A DNA stretch of 46,536 bases, from the NCBI GenBank assembly GCA_003559575.1, contig PWKZ01000228.1, positions 1 through 46,536 on the forward strand, given 5' to 3'. Each line of letters starts with the position of its first letter. Position 1 is the first letter of the stretch. The notes below the pieces were generated by a model. The model made no database searches. It was not told the DNA's origin and saw only the letters and a program-made list of their open reading frames with translations. Shown here one piece after another: positions 18,214 through 29,600 of this stretch. The translations under genes were made by a program, and so were the position numbers. The stretch is from Bradymonadales bacterium (GTDB lineage: Bacteria; Myxococcota_A; UBA9042; PWKZ01).

Positions 18214-19464
18214 TCAACCCGTCGGATCGTCGGTCAAGGGCACCAGTCGCTCACCTCGCACCACCAACACCGTGCCGGGGGCCGCGTCGCGCGGCACTCG
18301 GCGGACCACATGCGCCGGATCGCGCACTACCGTTACCCCGTTTGGGATCTCGCGGCCCGGGGCGATCCAGAACCCGGTCCCGAGGCGCGCCTCGTGGCCG
18401 ATGGCGCTGCCCAGGAACCGTGTCCCGAGCGATTGCAGCCGTCCATCCAGGGGCACCCGGACATCGTCGTCGAAGCGCATATCCATGAGGAAAGCGCCCC
18501 CAGTGGTGATCGACCGCCGGCCAAGGACGCTCATTTGCATCAAGCGCTGCGAGGCGGCGGCCTGTGGGTAGAGCACGGAGCTGTTGAGCATGGTGCCGGA
18601 GGAGACAAAACTCTTCTCCCCCAGCACCGAGAGGCTCACCTTGGCGAGCTCCTGAATCCAGGAGCGCGCCCCGATCCTCGAGAAGCTCACCACCGCGTGC
18701 GGTCCGATGGTGACGCCGTCCTCGATGGTCGAGGCCTCGATGATCGCGGTCGGGTGGATGCGACAGTCGCGGCCAATCCGGGACATCCGCCGCATCAAAC
18801 GGGCCCGTGACGGGGGCAGCGCCGTGAGGAGCGCCCACAGCGTGCGTAGCGTGCGTCGCCACCGGGGCTGATCCAGCGCGTCCACCGCCTGGGCCATCAG
18901 GTTGGCGCGGAGGATGTGGACCCAGTGGCGCAACACCATCGCGCTCATCGCCGTCAAGGGATAACGCAGCTTCTGCTTGCCGAAGTAGTGTTCCGGCACA
19001 TCGAACTCGAAGACCCGCTCCCGCGGCTTGATGGGCAGTGTCGCCCACTGCCCCGTGGGAGTCTCGCGCGCGTCTTCAAACCGAACCCCCGGTGGCAGAT
19101 AAAAGAGCGGGTAGCGAGCCCGCGCGGTCCCCTCACGATCCGGGTGCGGCGCGATCCCCTGCAAGTGGTGATACTCGGCGACCATCGCCGAGTCGCTCAG
19201 CTCGAGCGCCGCCGGCGCGTTGGGTGGCGCACGCCTCGAGGCCGCCACGAACGCGCGCAACAGGGGTGCGGAGAGGAAGAGGTTGTCTTGCAAGACCACA
19301 CACGGGCCCTCGGGCGGGAGCCCCTCCTCGGCGAGCACAAGCCCGCTCCGGCCCATCGCCTCCTCTTGCCACGCGCGGAGGGTTCGATTGGCGATCAGTG
19401 TCTCCCCGATGGGATCGAGGAACGGTGTGATCAACACCCCCGAGGGGACGATATGGCAGCGCAT
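18214..19464 (-). CDS. Hexapeptide-repeat (left-handed beta-helix) protein with a degenerate NDP-transferase-like N terminus
   Basis: IGRDCRIHPTAIIEASTIEDGVTIGPHAVV, IGHEARLGTG..IAPGREI; no GxGTR nucleotidyltransferase loop. Confidence 0.7.
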   Translation of the reverse strand: MRCHIVPSGVLITPFLDPIGETLIANRTLRAWQEEAMGRSGLVLAEEGLPPEGPCVVLQDNLFLSAPLLRAFVAASRRAPPNAPAALELSDSAMVAEYHHLQGIAPHPDREGTARARYPLFYLPPGVRFEDARETPTGQWATLPIKPRERVFEFDVPEHYFGKQKLRYPLTAMSAMVLRHWVHILRANLMAQAVDALDQPRWRRTLRTLWALLTALPPSRARLMRRMSRIGRDCRIHPTAIIEASTIEDGVTIGPHAVVSFSRIGARSWIQELAKVSLSVLGEKSFVSSGTMLNSSVLYPQAAASQRLMQMSVLGRRSITTGGAFLMDMRFDDDVRVPLDGRLQSLGTRFLGSAIGHEARLGTGFWIAPGREIPNGVTVVRDPAHVVRRVPRDAAPGTVLVVRGERLVPLTDDPTG

Positions 19465-20759
19465 TAGTGTCCCTCCGCCAACTTGCCGGCGATCGCCGCG
19501 AGTAGCTCCTCGAGCCGCCCGGAGTCGGCCAGAGGCCGGGGCATCGTCGCCACCAGCTGAACCTCCGTCTTGCTCCCGGTGAGGGCCAGGAAGAGCGGGG
19601 TCGACTCCACCCCCGGCGGCACGAAAAAGCCCGCGGTCGCACGAAACCCGCCTCCCCGGAACTGTTCGAGCGGCAGTCGCCCAATGTTGGAGAGCACCCC
19701 GCTTGCCAAATAACGGCCGCGGCGATGCACCCTGGCTATGGCGGCGCGCCCGACGCGCGCCATGAGCCCGAGCGGCAGCGCGCGCAGCACGCCGAGCCCG
19801 GGCCCGAAGGCGGTCTCCAGGCCGTCGCGGCGCATTGTCTCGATTTTTTGCGCGATCTCGAGGGCCGTCGCCTCCGGCGGAACCTCCAGGTGCAACATGC
19901 CGGTCAAGTTGGCCGTGGAGCGTAGTCCTGGCGCCCGCGGCCGCAAGTCCACCGGCAGATCGAAGCGCACCCGCCCGTCAGCACCATCCTCGCCCGCCTG
20001 CAGGCGGGCCTGCTCCGCCACCGCCAGCGCGACCCGCGGCAGCAGCCGCGAGTGCTTCCCCGGCACGGTCACCCGGCGCCACCGAGTGCCCCGTGTCTCT
20101 GTCGTCACAGCCCGCCCGGTGGGCGCCAGGCAGTCTTCAATGCGTCGTTCGGCCCGCGCCGCCTGAAGGGAGCGCGCGAGCGCCACGTCGGTTAGGGGCG
20201 AGGTGGCGCCAATCGGTGGCGCTCCGTTGAGCGCGCGGAAGAGATCCTCGACGAAAGAGAGCGTTCCGCGGCCGTCCATGACGGCGTGGTGGGTGCGCAC
20301 GATCACCCGCGGCGGGGTCCCCTCGACCAGCAGCACCTCCACTGTTGGGCCGGTGCGTGGCGCAAGCGGTGTCTCCATGAACGGCGCCCCGGCCTCGCAG
20401 CGCCCGTCCCAGGCGGCGCCGTTGACCACTCGGATCGGCGGCGGCGTCACTGTCGCGCGAAGGCGGCTCGCGGTGAGGTGGCCCCGGAGCACGAGGCGCG
20501 CGCCGGGGTTGGCGACCGCCGCCGCGGCCACCGCCGCCCGCCAGATGTCGGGGTCGAGGGTCCCCTCGCCCTCCAGCACGAGCTGATTGACGAACGGTCC
20601 GTGCAACCGATCAGCCACGAGCCACAACCGCTCCACCGGCGAGAGGCGGCGCTCGTACTCCGCGCTCGCCCGGCGCGCGCGCCGGGCGATTGAGCATAGG
20701 GCCACTGCGACAAGCGCCGCCACCGCCGCGGCCACCGCGAGGCAAAGCCACCCGCTCAT
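19464..20759 (-). CDS. Membrane-anchored condensation-domain/PapA-like acyltransferase
   Basis: N-terminal TM; RRLSPVER; HHAVMDG catalytic motif; PVDLR; SNIG. Confidence 0.8.
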   Translation of the reverse strand: MSGWLCLAVAAAVAALVAVALCSIARRARRASAEYERRLSPVERLWLVADRLHGPFVNQLVLEGEGTLDPDIWRAAVAAAAVANPGARLVLRGHLTASRLRATVTPPPIRVVNGAAWDGRCEAGAPFMETPLAPRTGPTVEVLLVEGTPPRVIVRTHHAVMDGRGTLSFVEDLFRALNGAPPIGATSPLTDVALARSLQAARAERRIEDCLAPTGRAVTTETRGTRWRRVTVPGKHSRLLPRVALAVAEQARLQAGEDGADGRVRFDLPVDLRPRAPGLRSTANLTGMLHLEVPPEATALEIAQKIETMRRDGLETAFGPGLGVLRALPLGLMARVGRAAIARVHRRGRYLASGVLSNIGRLPLEQFRGGGFRATAGFFVPPGVESTPLFLALTGSKTEVQLVATMPRPLADSGRLEELLAAIAGKLAEGH

Positions 20760-21916
20760 CGGAGCCCCTCGATCACCCGCGCCGCCGCCGCTGCTCCGCC
20801 GGCGGTGCGAAACGAAGCCTGGACGCGCCGGGCGCCTGCCGCGAACGTGGGATCGTCCAGCACGCGGCGCACGGCGCGGCGAATGCCGGCCGGCCCAACG
20901 CGCGCGAAGCGCACCCGCACTCCGGCGTTGGCCGTCACCACCTGCTCGGCGATCACCGGTTGATCATCGCGGATCGGCGCCACCACGAGCGGTAGTCCGT
21001 GCGACAGCGTCTCACAGACCGTGTTGTGACCGCCGTGGCTGATGACCGCCTGCACATGTGAGAGGAGCCGGAGCTGAGGCACATGAGCGCGCACCAACAT
21101 GTGGGGCGGTAGCTCGCCTATCAGCTCCGGCGGCGCGGCGAAGATCACTTGCAGCGGCTCATCTCGCAAGCCGTCGACAACGGCGCGGTAGAAGCGCCGG
21201 CCGCGTTCGGCGTTGACGGTACCGAGCGAGACGAGCACACGAGATCGCTCGGGCGCGAGCTGTTGCCAGGGGAAATCGTCCCGCTCCTCGCGCTGCCGCA
21301 GGGATGGTCCGACAAAGTGGTAGTGAGCTTGGAACCGGTCGAGGGGCCCGACCAGGGCGTCGGTCGAGAAGACGATCACCGCATGCGGGGAGATGTTATG
21401 GCCCGGCAGGGGGGTGAGCCCGTGCTCACGCTGCAGTAGCGCCAGTTGTTCGTCGACCCATGCGGCGACTCGCGGCAGCGCCGCGAGCGAGTCGGTGACG
21501 GCGGCGGAGGTGGTGGCCAGTGTCGCCCAGGGAAGCTCGAAGCGCCGCGCCACGATGCCGCCGGCGAGCGCTTGTTGATCCACCGCCAGACAATCGGGCG
21601 CGTAGGCTTGCACGGCGGCCTCGAGTCCCGGGACCATCGCGCGCCCGAGCGGGACCAGGAATTCCTGCCACAGAAACTTGAGCGCCACGAGGCCGCGTGC
21701 CCCCATCGCTTTCGCCATCATCGCGTCGTGCAGCGCCTGCGGGATTCGGTCGTCGAGCGGCAGCCGCTCTGCGCCCTCCGGCAGCAGCCGGGAGAGGACC
21801 GTCTCGTGCCCCACCCAGGCCACCTCGTGGCCGCGCGCGGTAAGCTCGGCGGCCACCGCCAGGGTGGGGTTGATGTGGCCGGTCAATGGGGGGACTATGA
21901 ACAGCACGCGGCTCAT
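20756..21916 (-). CDS. GT1 (MGT/UDP-glycosyltransferase family) glycosyltransferase
   Basis: GHINP, VSLGT, HVPQ...SHGGHNTVCE...PIRDDQ. Confidence 0.92.
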   Translation of the reverse strand: MSRVLFIVPPLTGHINPTLAVAAELTARGHEVAWVGHETVLSRLLPEGAERLPLDDRIPQALHDAMMAKAMGARGLVALKFLWQEFLVPLGRAMVPGLEAAVQAYAPDCLAVDQQALAGGIVARRFELPWATLATTSAAVTDSLAALPRVAAWVDEQLALLQREHGLTPLPGHNISPHAVIVFSTDALVGPLDRFQAHYHFVGPSLRQREERDDFPWQQLAPERSRVLVSLGTVNAERGRRFYRAVVDGLRDEPLQVIFAAPPELIGELPPHMLVRAHVPQLRLLSHVQAVISHGGHNTVCETLSHGLPLVVAPIRDDQPVIAEQVVTANAGVRVRFARVGPAGIRRAVRRVLDDPTFAAGARRVQASFRTAGGAAAAARVIEGLR

Positions 21917-22731
21917 CTGTCTGACCTCTCCGTATCTCGCCGCACCCACTCGATGATGGCGTCACGCACGGTTGTGGTGGCCTCCCAGAGCACCGAATGG
22001 GAGCAGCCCGGCAGTACCCGCAGCTCCACGTTGGGGAGCCTCGCGGCCACCCACTCACCGCGCTCGAGCACATCGGAGTGCTCTCCGTAGAGGCAAAGCA
22101 CCGGCGCTTTGAGAGCCGCGAGCGCCTCCTCGCTGATGGGCGGTGAAGTTTCGAGATCGGCCAAGAGCGAGGTGCCGTAGACGAGCGCCTCGGCGCGCTC
22201 GGCGAGGCGGGTGCGTTTGCGGGCGCTGTGGCGCCCAAGCCAGTTGCTGAAATGCTTGACTATCATCTCGTCTCGCGCTTGCCCTTGGACTCCCAGGGTG
22301 GCGGCCATCTCGGCGCCCCAGCGGTCGTTCGAGACGTGCGCGTCGATGAGCACCAGGCCGGCCACCCGCTCCGGGTGGGCGATGGCGAACGCCAGCGCCA
22401 AAAGCCCGCCGAAGCTGTTGCCGACGAGGTGCAGCGGCCCCTTGACGCCGCAGCTCGCGAGCAGATCGGCCAAATCGGCCACCATCTCGCCCAACCCATA
22501 GCCCTCGCGCGGCCGCTCGCTGCGCCCGTGGCCGCGAAGATCGTAGAGGAGCACCTCGGCGAACTCCGCCACCCGATTGGCCACCGTGAAGTAGTAGCTC
22601 GACAGGTTGTCCATGACCAGCCCGTGGAGAAAGATGACCGTCGGGCGCGCCTCTGGTGCTTTTTTTTCTCTCTCCGGCGGCCCGAGCTGCTGGACATGGA
22701 AGCGAACTCCGCGCACCACGACGTCAGCCAT
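21913..22731 (-). CDS. Alpha/beta hydrolase (possible thioesterase/acyltransferase)
   Basis: FLHG, YDLRGHGRS, GNSFGG, C-terminal His (CSHS). Confidence 0.9.
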   Translation of the reverse strand: MADVVVRGVRFHVQQLGPPEREKKAPEARPTVIFLHGLVMDNLSSYYFTVANRVAEFAEVLLYDLRGHGRSERPREGYGLGEMVADLADLLASCGVKGPLHLVGNSFGGLLALAFAIAHPERVAGLVLIDAHVSNDRWGAEMAATLGVQGQARDEMIVKHFSNWLGRHSARKRTRLAERAEALVYGTSLLADLETSPPISEEALAALKAPVLCLYGEHSDVLERGEWVAARLPNVELRVLPGCSHSVLWEATTTVRDAIIEWVRRDTERSDR

Positions 22732-23488
22732 CGAAGAACTCCATGAGGACTTTACCGAGCGCCTCCGGCGCTTCGAGCGGCAGGAAATGGCCCCCATCGA
22801 GAGTTACTGTGCGGACCGCCGGCAGCGCGCGGGCCAGCCGGTCAGCCGAGCCCAGACAGGGGGAATGGGCGCCGTAGACACTCAGCACCGGGCAGCGGAT
22901 GGCGCCGAGCGCCTCATCAGTGGGTGGACGGCGTTCAGCCAGATCATCGAGCAGCGAGGTCTCGCCGGCGAGCGCGGCGAGCGCCTCCAGCCGCAGCCGC
23001 CCTCGCCGGCGCTGAGGGTCGAAGTCGCGCCGCAGCGTCTCGGGCAGTGCGGCCAGCAGCTCGGTCGCCATCTCCTCGGAGTCGAGCGAGAGGATCGACC
23101 ACAGCGCGTCGCTCTCGGAGATCGCGAGCGGCGCCTCCACCGTCGCGAGGCGACGCACGCGCGCGTAGCGGCGAGCGTAGTCGAGCGCAATGAGACCGCC
23201 CCAGCTATGCCCCACCAGATCGAACGATTCGAGCTCGAGGGCCTCGGCCAGCGCCGCGAGATCATCGGCCATCGTGCTCACGTCGTAGCCCTCCGTGGGG
23301 CGCGCGCTGCGACCGTGGCCGCGCAGATCATAGAGAACGACCCGGTGGCGCCCGGCGAGCGCGCGGGCGCAAGTGAAGTACCAGGTCGCGATGTTGCCGA
23401 TCAGCAGCCCGTGGAGCATCACGAGCGGCGGTCCGTGGCCGATCTCCGTGACGTTCAAGTCGATTCCGTTGGCGTTGACGGTTCTCAA
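22724..23488 (-). CDS. Alpha/beta hydrolase (possible thioesterase/acyltransferase)
   Basis: TTG start after GGGAGGGAGG; MLHG, YDLRGHGRS, GHSWGG, GGHFL; paralogous to the neighbouring hydrolase. Confidence 0.88.
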   Translation of the reverse strand: MRTVNANGIDLNVTEIGHGPPLVMLHGLLIGNIATWYFTCARALAGRHRVVLYDLRGHGRSARPTEGYDVSTMADDLAALAEALELESFDLVGHSWGGLIALDYARRYARVRRLATVEAPLAISESDALWSILSLDSEEMATELLAALPETLRRDFDPQRRRGRLRLEALAALAGETSLLDDLAERRPPTDEALGAIRCPVLSVYGAHSPCLGSADRLARALPAVRTVTLDGGHFLPLEAPEALGKVLMEFFDG

Positions 23489-23693
23489 AGGCCCCTCCCT
23501 CCCCCCTGTCTTGACACGAAAAGCCCGAGGAGGCCAGCCGGTGCCTCCACCTCGCGTCATGGGTGATATTCCACTGTCGTCCGTGTCGGGTGTTACCTCC
23601 ACGGTGCCGCGGGAAGCGCGCTTGTTTTTTTGTTGCATTCGATCCGGCGCTTCGCGCTCCCACGCTTGGCGCCGGTGGTGAGTGAGTTGAGTA

Positions 23694-26600
23694 GTGATTC
23701 GCGATTTTAGTTTTTTGGGCCTCTCGCCTTTTTTGATCCCGGATGATCGGTTGACAATCGCGCTGTGCCGGGCGGGGGCCCTGGGTGTGCTGGAGTTGGG
23801 CCGCGACCCCGCCGCGGCGCGCGCGGCGCTCTCGACCGTGGCCCGCCAGGTGCCGGCCGGATTCGGCGTGCGTGTCACCTCGGGGACGGCGGTGGAGCCC
23901 GCGTCCCTCCCCCGCGAGGTCCGCGTCGTGGTGCTGCCGGCGGACGTGCCGGCCGCCCCCTGGGCCGGCCGCGAGCGGTTGGTTCAGGTGACCTCCATCG
24001 AAGAGGCCCGCGCCGCGATCGAGGCCGGCGCCGACGGTCTCATTGCCAAGGGGTCCGAGAGCGCCGGCCGAGTCGGGGAGTGCTCGACCTTCGTGCTGGC
24101 GCAAGCGCTGCTGGCGGCCGACTCGCTGTTGGGTGGGCGGCCGGTCTTTCTCCAAGGCGCCATCGGCCTCCACGCCGCCGCCGCGGCCTTCGCGGGCGGG
24201 GCCAGCGGGGTCGTCCTCGACGACGCGCTCGCGTTGCTGCGGGAGTCCCGGCTGGATCAGGCGGCCAGGAAGCTCATCAGCGGGCTCGACGGCAGCGAGA
24301 CCACCGTCCTCGGTGGCCACCGCGTGTTCCTTCGGCCGGGCTTTCTGGCGGCCGATCTGGCGGCCGATCAGAGTGATCCCACCGCGGCGGAGGTCGAGGC
24401 GCTCATTGGCGGCACCGATCCGAGCACGAATCTCCTGCCCATGGGCCAGGGGATCGGGCTCGCGGCGCGCTATGCCGACCGCTATCGCACCGTGGCCGGA
24501 CTACTGAGCGCGTTGAGCGACAACGTCGCGACCAGCCTCCGCCTGGCGCAGGCCGCAAACCCGTTGGCCCCCCAGAGCCCGCTGGCCGAGGCGCTCGGTT
24601 GCCGCTACCCCATCGTGCAGGGGCCGATGTCGCGCGTCAGTGACTCGCCGGCTTTTGCCCTCGCTGTCGCTCAAGCCGGTGGATTGCCTTTCCTGGCCGT
24701 GGGGCTCAAGAGCGGTCCCGCGCTGTCCGACTTGCTGCGTGAGACGGCGACGCATCTCGCGGGACGTCCTTTTGGAGTGGGGCTGCTCGGCTTCGCGCCG
24801 CCCGCGCTGTGGGAGGAGCAAAGCGCGCTGGTGCTGGCCGCCCGCCCGCGCGCGGCAATCATCGCCGGCGGCCGCCCGTCACAAGCGCGGCTCTTCGAAG
24901 AGCGCGGGATTCAGACCTGGCTGCATGTGCCCTCGCCGGGGCTGCTCGACTTGTATCTTGAGGACGGAGCGCGGCGGTTCATCTTCGAGGGACGTGAGTG
25001 TGGCGGGCATGTGGGCCCGCGTGGCAGCTTCGCTCTGTGGGAGGCGCAGATCGAGCGGCTGATGTGCTTCGAGGCGCCTGAGGAGCTGCATGTTCTGTTC
25101 GCCGGCGGGATCCATGATCGGCGCTCGGCGGCGATGGTGGCCGCCCTGGCGGCACCGCTGGCCGCGCGCGGGGCGCGGCTCGGGGTCTTGCTCGGCACCG
25201 GCTATCTGTTCACCGAGGAGGTGGTGGCCACGGGCGCCCTGCTGCCCGGGTTTCAGCGGGCGGCGCTGGATTGCAGGCGCACGCGGGTACTGCGCTCGGC
25301 GCCCGGTCACGAGAGCCGCTGCGCCGACACTGACTATGTGGCGGCGTTCGAGGCCGAGCATGCCCGCCTGGTGGCCGAAGAGCGCTCGCCGGACGAGATC
25401 TGGGAGGCGCTGGAGCGCTTCAATTTGGGCCGGCTGGCGCTGGCCGCCAAGGGGCTCGACCAGCGGGGAGCTGAAGGGGTGCCTTGCGACGAGCGCACTC
25501 AACGGCGCGAGGGGATGTATATGCTGGGAGAACTCTCGGCGCTCCGCACGGAGGTGGTGACCATCGGTGAGCTTCACGAGGACGTGAGCGAGGGAAGCGC
25601 CCGTCTCTTGGCCGAGAGGGCTCGCTTCAGAACCACCGCGGCAGCGACTTCGGCCGATGAGGCAGCGGCCGGCGCGGCGCCGGCCGATGTGGCCATTGTC
25701 GGGATCGCCTGCGCGTTCCCCGACGCGCCCGATCTGGCTCGCTACTGGGCCAATATTCTCGATGGCGTCGATTGTATTACCGAGGTCCCGGACGAGCGGT
25801 GGAGCAAGGAGATTTACTACGACGGCGACTCTCGCGGCGATGGGCATACCTACTCCAAGTGGGGCGGCTTCTTACCCCAGATCGCCATTGATCCGTTGGC
25901 CTATGGGATCCCGCCGCGCTCTCTGGCAGCCATCGATCCGGTCCAACTGCTGAGTCTCGAGATGGCCCGGCGAGCCCTCGAAGATGCCGGCTACGGCGAC
26001 GGCGCGCTCGGGCGGTGGTTTGATCGAGAGCGGACGGCGGTGATCTTCGGCGCCCAGCCGGGGGCCGATCTGGCAGGCGCCCACGGCTTCCGGGCGCTCT
26101 ACCCGCAGCTCGTGGGCCCGCTGCCGGAGGCGCTCGCGGAGCGTCTGCCGGAGCTCACCGAGGACTCTTTCCCCGGGGTGCTCGGCAACGTCATCTCAGG
26201 CCGCATCGCCAACCGCCTGGATCTCGGGGGGACCAACTACACGGTGGATGCGGCTTGCGCGTCCTCGCTGGCGGCCCTCCAGGTGGCGATTCGGGAGCTA
26301 CTGGCCGGGACGAGCGACATGGTGCTGTGCGGTGGCGCCGACGTGCACAACAGCATCAACGACTATCAGCTCTTCTCGAGCGTTCACGCGCTGTCCCCCA
26401 CCGGCACCCCGCGTACTTTCGATGCCTCGGCCGACGGAACCACCATCAGTGAAGGGGTGGCGGTGTTGGTGCTCAAGCGGTTACGCGACGCCCAGCGGGA
26501 CGGTGATCGGATCTACGCCGTCGTGCGCGGCCTCGGCGCCGCCAGCGACGGCAAGAGCCTGGGGCTCACGGCGCCCCGGCGCGAGGGGCAGTCGCGCGCC

Positions 26601-29600
26601 GTTCAGGCGGCGCTCCGCCAGGCCGGGATCTCGCCCCGCGCGCTGGGCCTCGTTGAGGCGCACGGGACCGGAACGGTGGTGGGCGACAAGACGGAACTCG
26701 AGGCTCTGAGGGAGCAGTTCGAGGCCGCGGGGGCGAGCGCCGGGGGGTGCGTCCTGGGCTCGGTGAAGTCCCAGATCGGTCACACGAAGTGTGCCGCCGG
26801 GCTGGCCGGGGTCATCAAGGCCGCGCTGTCGGTGGAGCGCGGCGTGCGCCCGGTGACTCCGAATGTGGAGCAGCCGAACCCCGCCTGGCGGGGCGAGCGA
26901 AGTCCCTTCGTCTTTATGCCCCAAACCCAGCCCTGGAGCGCTGAAGAGCGCAGCGCCGGGGTGAGCGCGTTCGGGTTCGGCGGGACCAACTTTCATGCCA
27001 TTGTCTCTTCTCCTCCGGCGCCGGCCGACGAGTTGCTCTGCACCCGTGACGAGTGGCCCGCCGAGCTTCTACTCTTTCGCGGGCCGGACCAGGATCATGC
27101 GCGGCGCCGCATGGAGAGGCTCGCCGCTCTGCTCGAGGGGCGGACCACCTGGCGGCTTCGGGATCTTGCGCGCACGACCTCCAGCGGTGGCGAGGGGCCG
27201 GTGCGCGCGGCAGTGTTGGCGCGTGATATTCCCGATTTGCGCGCCAAACTCGAGCGGGCCCGCTCGTTCGAGTCCGACCCGCGCGGCGTGTTTGTCGCCC
27301 CTGAGCGACCCCTCGCGCAATCCGGGCAGGTGGCGTTCCTCTTCCCCGGCCAGGGGAGCCAGCGGCCCGGGATGGCGGCCGATCTGTTCGTGACCTTCCC
27401 GGCGCTGAGACGCCACCTCCAAGCCGGTGCGCGCCATGTCGCTCAAATGTTTCCGCCCAAGACCTTCGGCCCGGAGGGGGAAAAGGCCCAGCAGGAGGCG
27501 CTCACCGACACCCGCGTGGCGCAGACGGCGCTCGGGATGGTGGGCCTCGCGATGGCCGATTTGCTGCTGCGCTTCGGAGTCCGCGCCGACATGGCGGCGG
27601 GGCACAGTTACGGCGAGATCGTGGCCCTGGCGGCGGCGGGGGCGCTCGCGGCCGACGAGTTGCCGGAGCTGAGCGGCGCGCGCGGCGCCGCCATCCTCGA
27701 GACGGCCCTGGCACGAGAGGACGATCCGGGTTGCATGGCGGCGGTCAAGATTTCGCGGGCGCGCCTCGAGGAGATCTTCCCGGCGCTCGCCGGGGGGCAC
27801 GCGGACGGGGTCGTCCTGGCCAACCACAATGCGCCGGAGCAGTGTGTGTTGTCGGGGCCGAGCGCCACTCTCGAGCGGATGCTGAGTTCGCTGGCCGAAG
27901 ATGGCCACCGGGGGCGTCGGATCCCCGTCGCTTGCGCTTTCCATAGCCCGCTCGTGGCCGGCGCCGGGGAGAAGTTTGCCGGCCATCTGGCGCGCGCCAA
28001 AGTGAGTGTGCCGCGCTTCCCGGTTTGGTCCAATACCACGGCCTCTCCCCATGAAGCTCGGCCCGCCGCGATTCGTGCGTTGTTGGCCGAGCAGGTGGAG
28101 CGCCCGGTGCGCTTCGTCGAGCAGATCGAGGCGATGTACCAGGCGGGCGCGCGGGTGTTCGTCGAGGTCGGTCCAGGGAAGGTCTTGAGCGGCCTCGTGG
28201 GGCAAATCTTGGGTGAGCGGCCCCACACCGTCGTCGCCACCGACTCGCCCGGTCAGCATGGGCTCGTGGCGCTTCAGACGGCGTTGGCGGCGCTGGCAGT
28301 CCACGGGGTGGCCGTCGACAGTGAGGCGCTGCACGCGGGCCGAGACTCGCGCAAATATGATCTCGAGTCCGCTCCCTCACTGGCCCTGCCCCAGTCGGCC
28401 TGGCTTGTGGACGGCCACCTCGCGCGGCCCTTGACCGGAGAGGTGCCGAAGGGGGCGTTGCAACCGATGGGCCCGCCGCTCGGGATCGCGCCGGCGACCT
28501 CGGAAGCGCCCGGCGAGGGCCGCGAGGCGGTGGTGATGAACTACCTCGCGATGGTCAAGGAGCTTGTCGCGACTCAACGCGAGGTGATGCTCAGCTATCT
28601 TGGGACGCCGCCGTCAGAGCCGACCCCGGCGCGCGCCGTCGCGCCGGGCGCGCCTGAGGTCACTGCCTCCGAGGAGCAGATCGCGCCGGGGCCGGCCGAG
28701 GGGGAGGCGCCGGCCGAGGAGGAGGCGCCGGCTCTGCTGGACGCGGCCCGGCTTTCGGCCTTGCTGTTGGATCTGATAAGCGAGCGCACCGGCTATCCGC
28801 TCGAGATGCTGGATCTCGATTTGGATCTCGAGGCCGATCTGAGCATCGACTCCATCAAGCGCATCGAGATCCTGGGTGCTCTCGGGCGTCTCATCGGGAT
28901 TGACGAGGAGACCGGCGAGCGCGATCAAGTCTTTGAGGAGCTCGCCAAACAGAAGACGATCCGTGGGATCGTGGCCTGGCTCGATGAGCGCCTCCGGGCG
29001 ACCTCCGACGAGGAGCCCACGGCGGCGCGCGAGGCGGCGAGTGCAAAGGATGGCGCCGCCGTGCCCGGCGCTGATGAGCCCGCTGTCCGCCCACCGGATC
29101 TCCAACGCTTCGTGGTGGGGCTCCGGGGTGCCCCTGTCGGGCGAATGAACGGGACGCTCGAGGGGCGCCAAGTGGCGGTCACGGACGGCAGCCCCGAGTT
29201 GGCTCGCGCGCTCGTCAAAGCGTTTGCCGGACGGGGGCTGAAAGCCGTTGTCGTGACTAACGGTGAGACGAAGGGGTGCCACGCGCTGGTGGATCTGACG
29301 GCCCTCGGCAACGGGGGCGCCGATCCGGTCAAGGGCGTCTTCAAGCAGGTGCGACATGCGATCCAGAGCGGGACCGAGCGGATCGTGGTCGCGTCGGCCC
29401 TTGGGGGGCGCCTCGGCTACGCCGCGGCGAGCGATGAGCGGCTCGGCCACGGTGGTCTTGGAGGACTCGTCAAGACCGTGGCCAAGGAGCGCCCCGAGAT
29501 CGCGCTGCGGGTGGTGGATCTCAATCCGGCCGCCCGCGCCGAGGCCAACGCGGCCTTCCTGGTTGAAGAGCTGTTGGCGGAAGGCCCGGAGCGCGAGGTC

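Noticed and set aside
23511-23545. Perfect TTGACA in the PKS divergent spacer
   Set aside because: No plausible -10 at 16-18 bp spacing
23489-23878. 130-codon N-terminal extension of the hydrolase ORF overlapping the PKS start
   Set aside because: Hydrolase homology begins at the TTG at 23488, which has a good RBS; the extension covers the divergent promoter region
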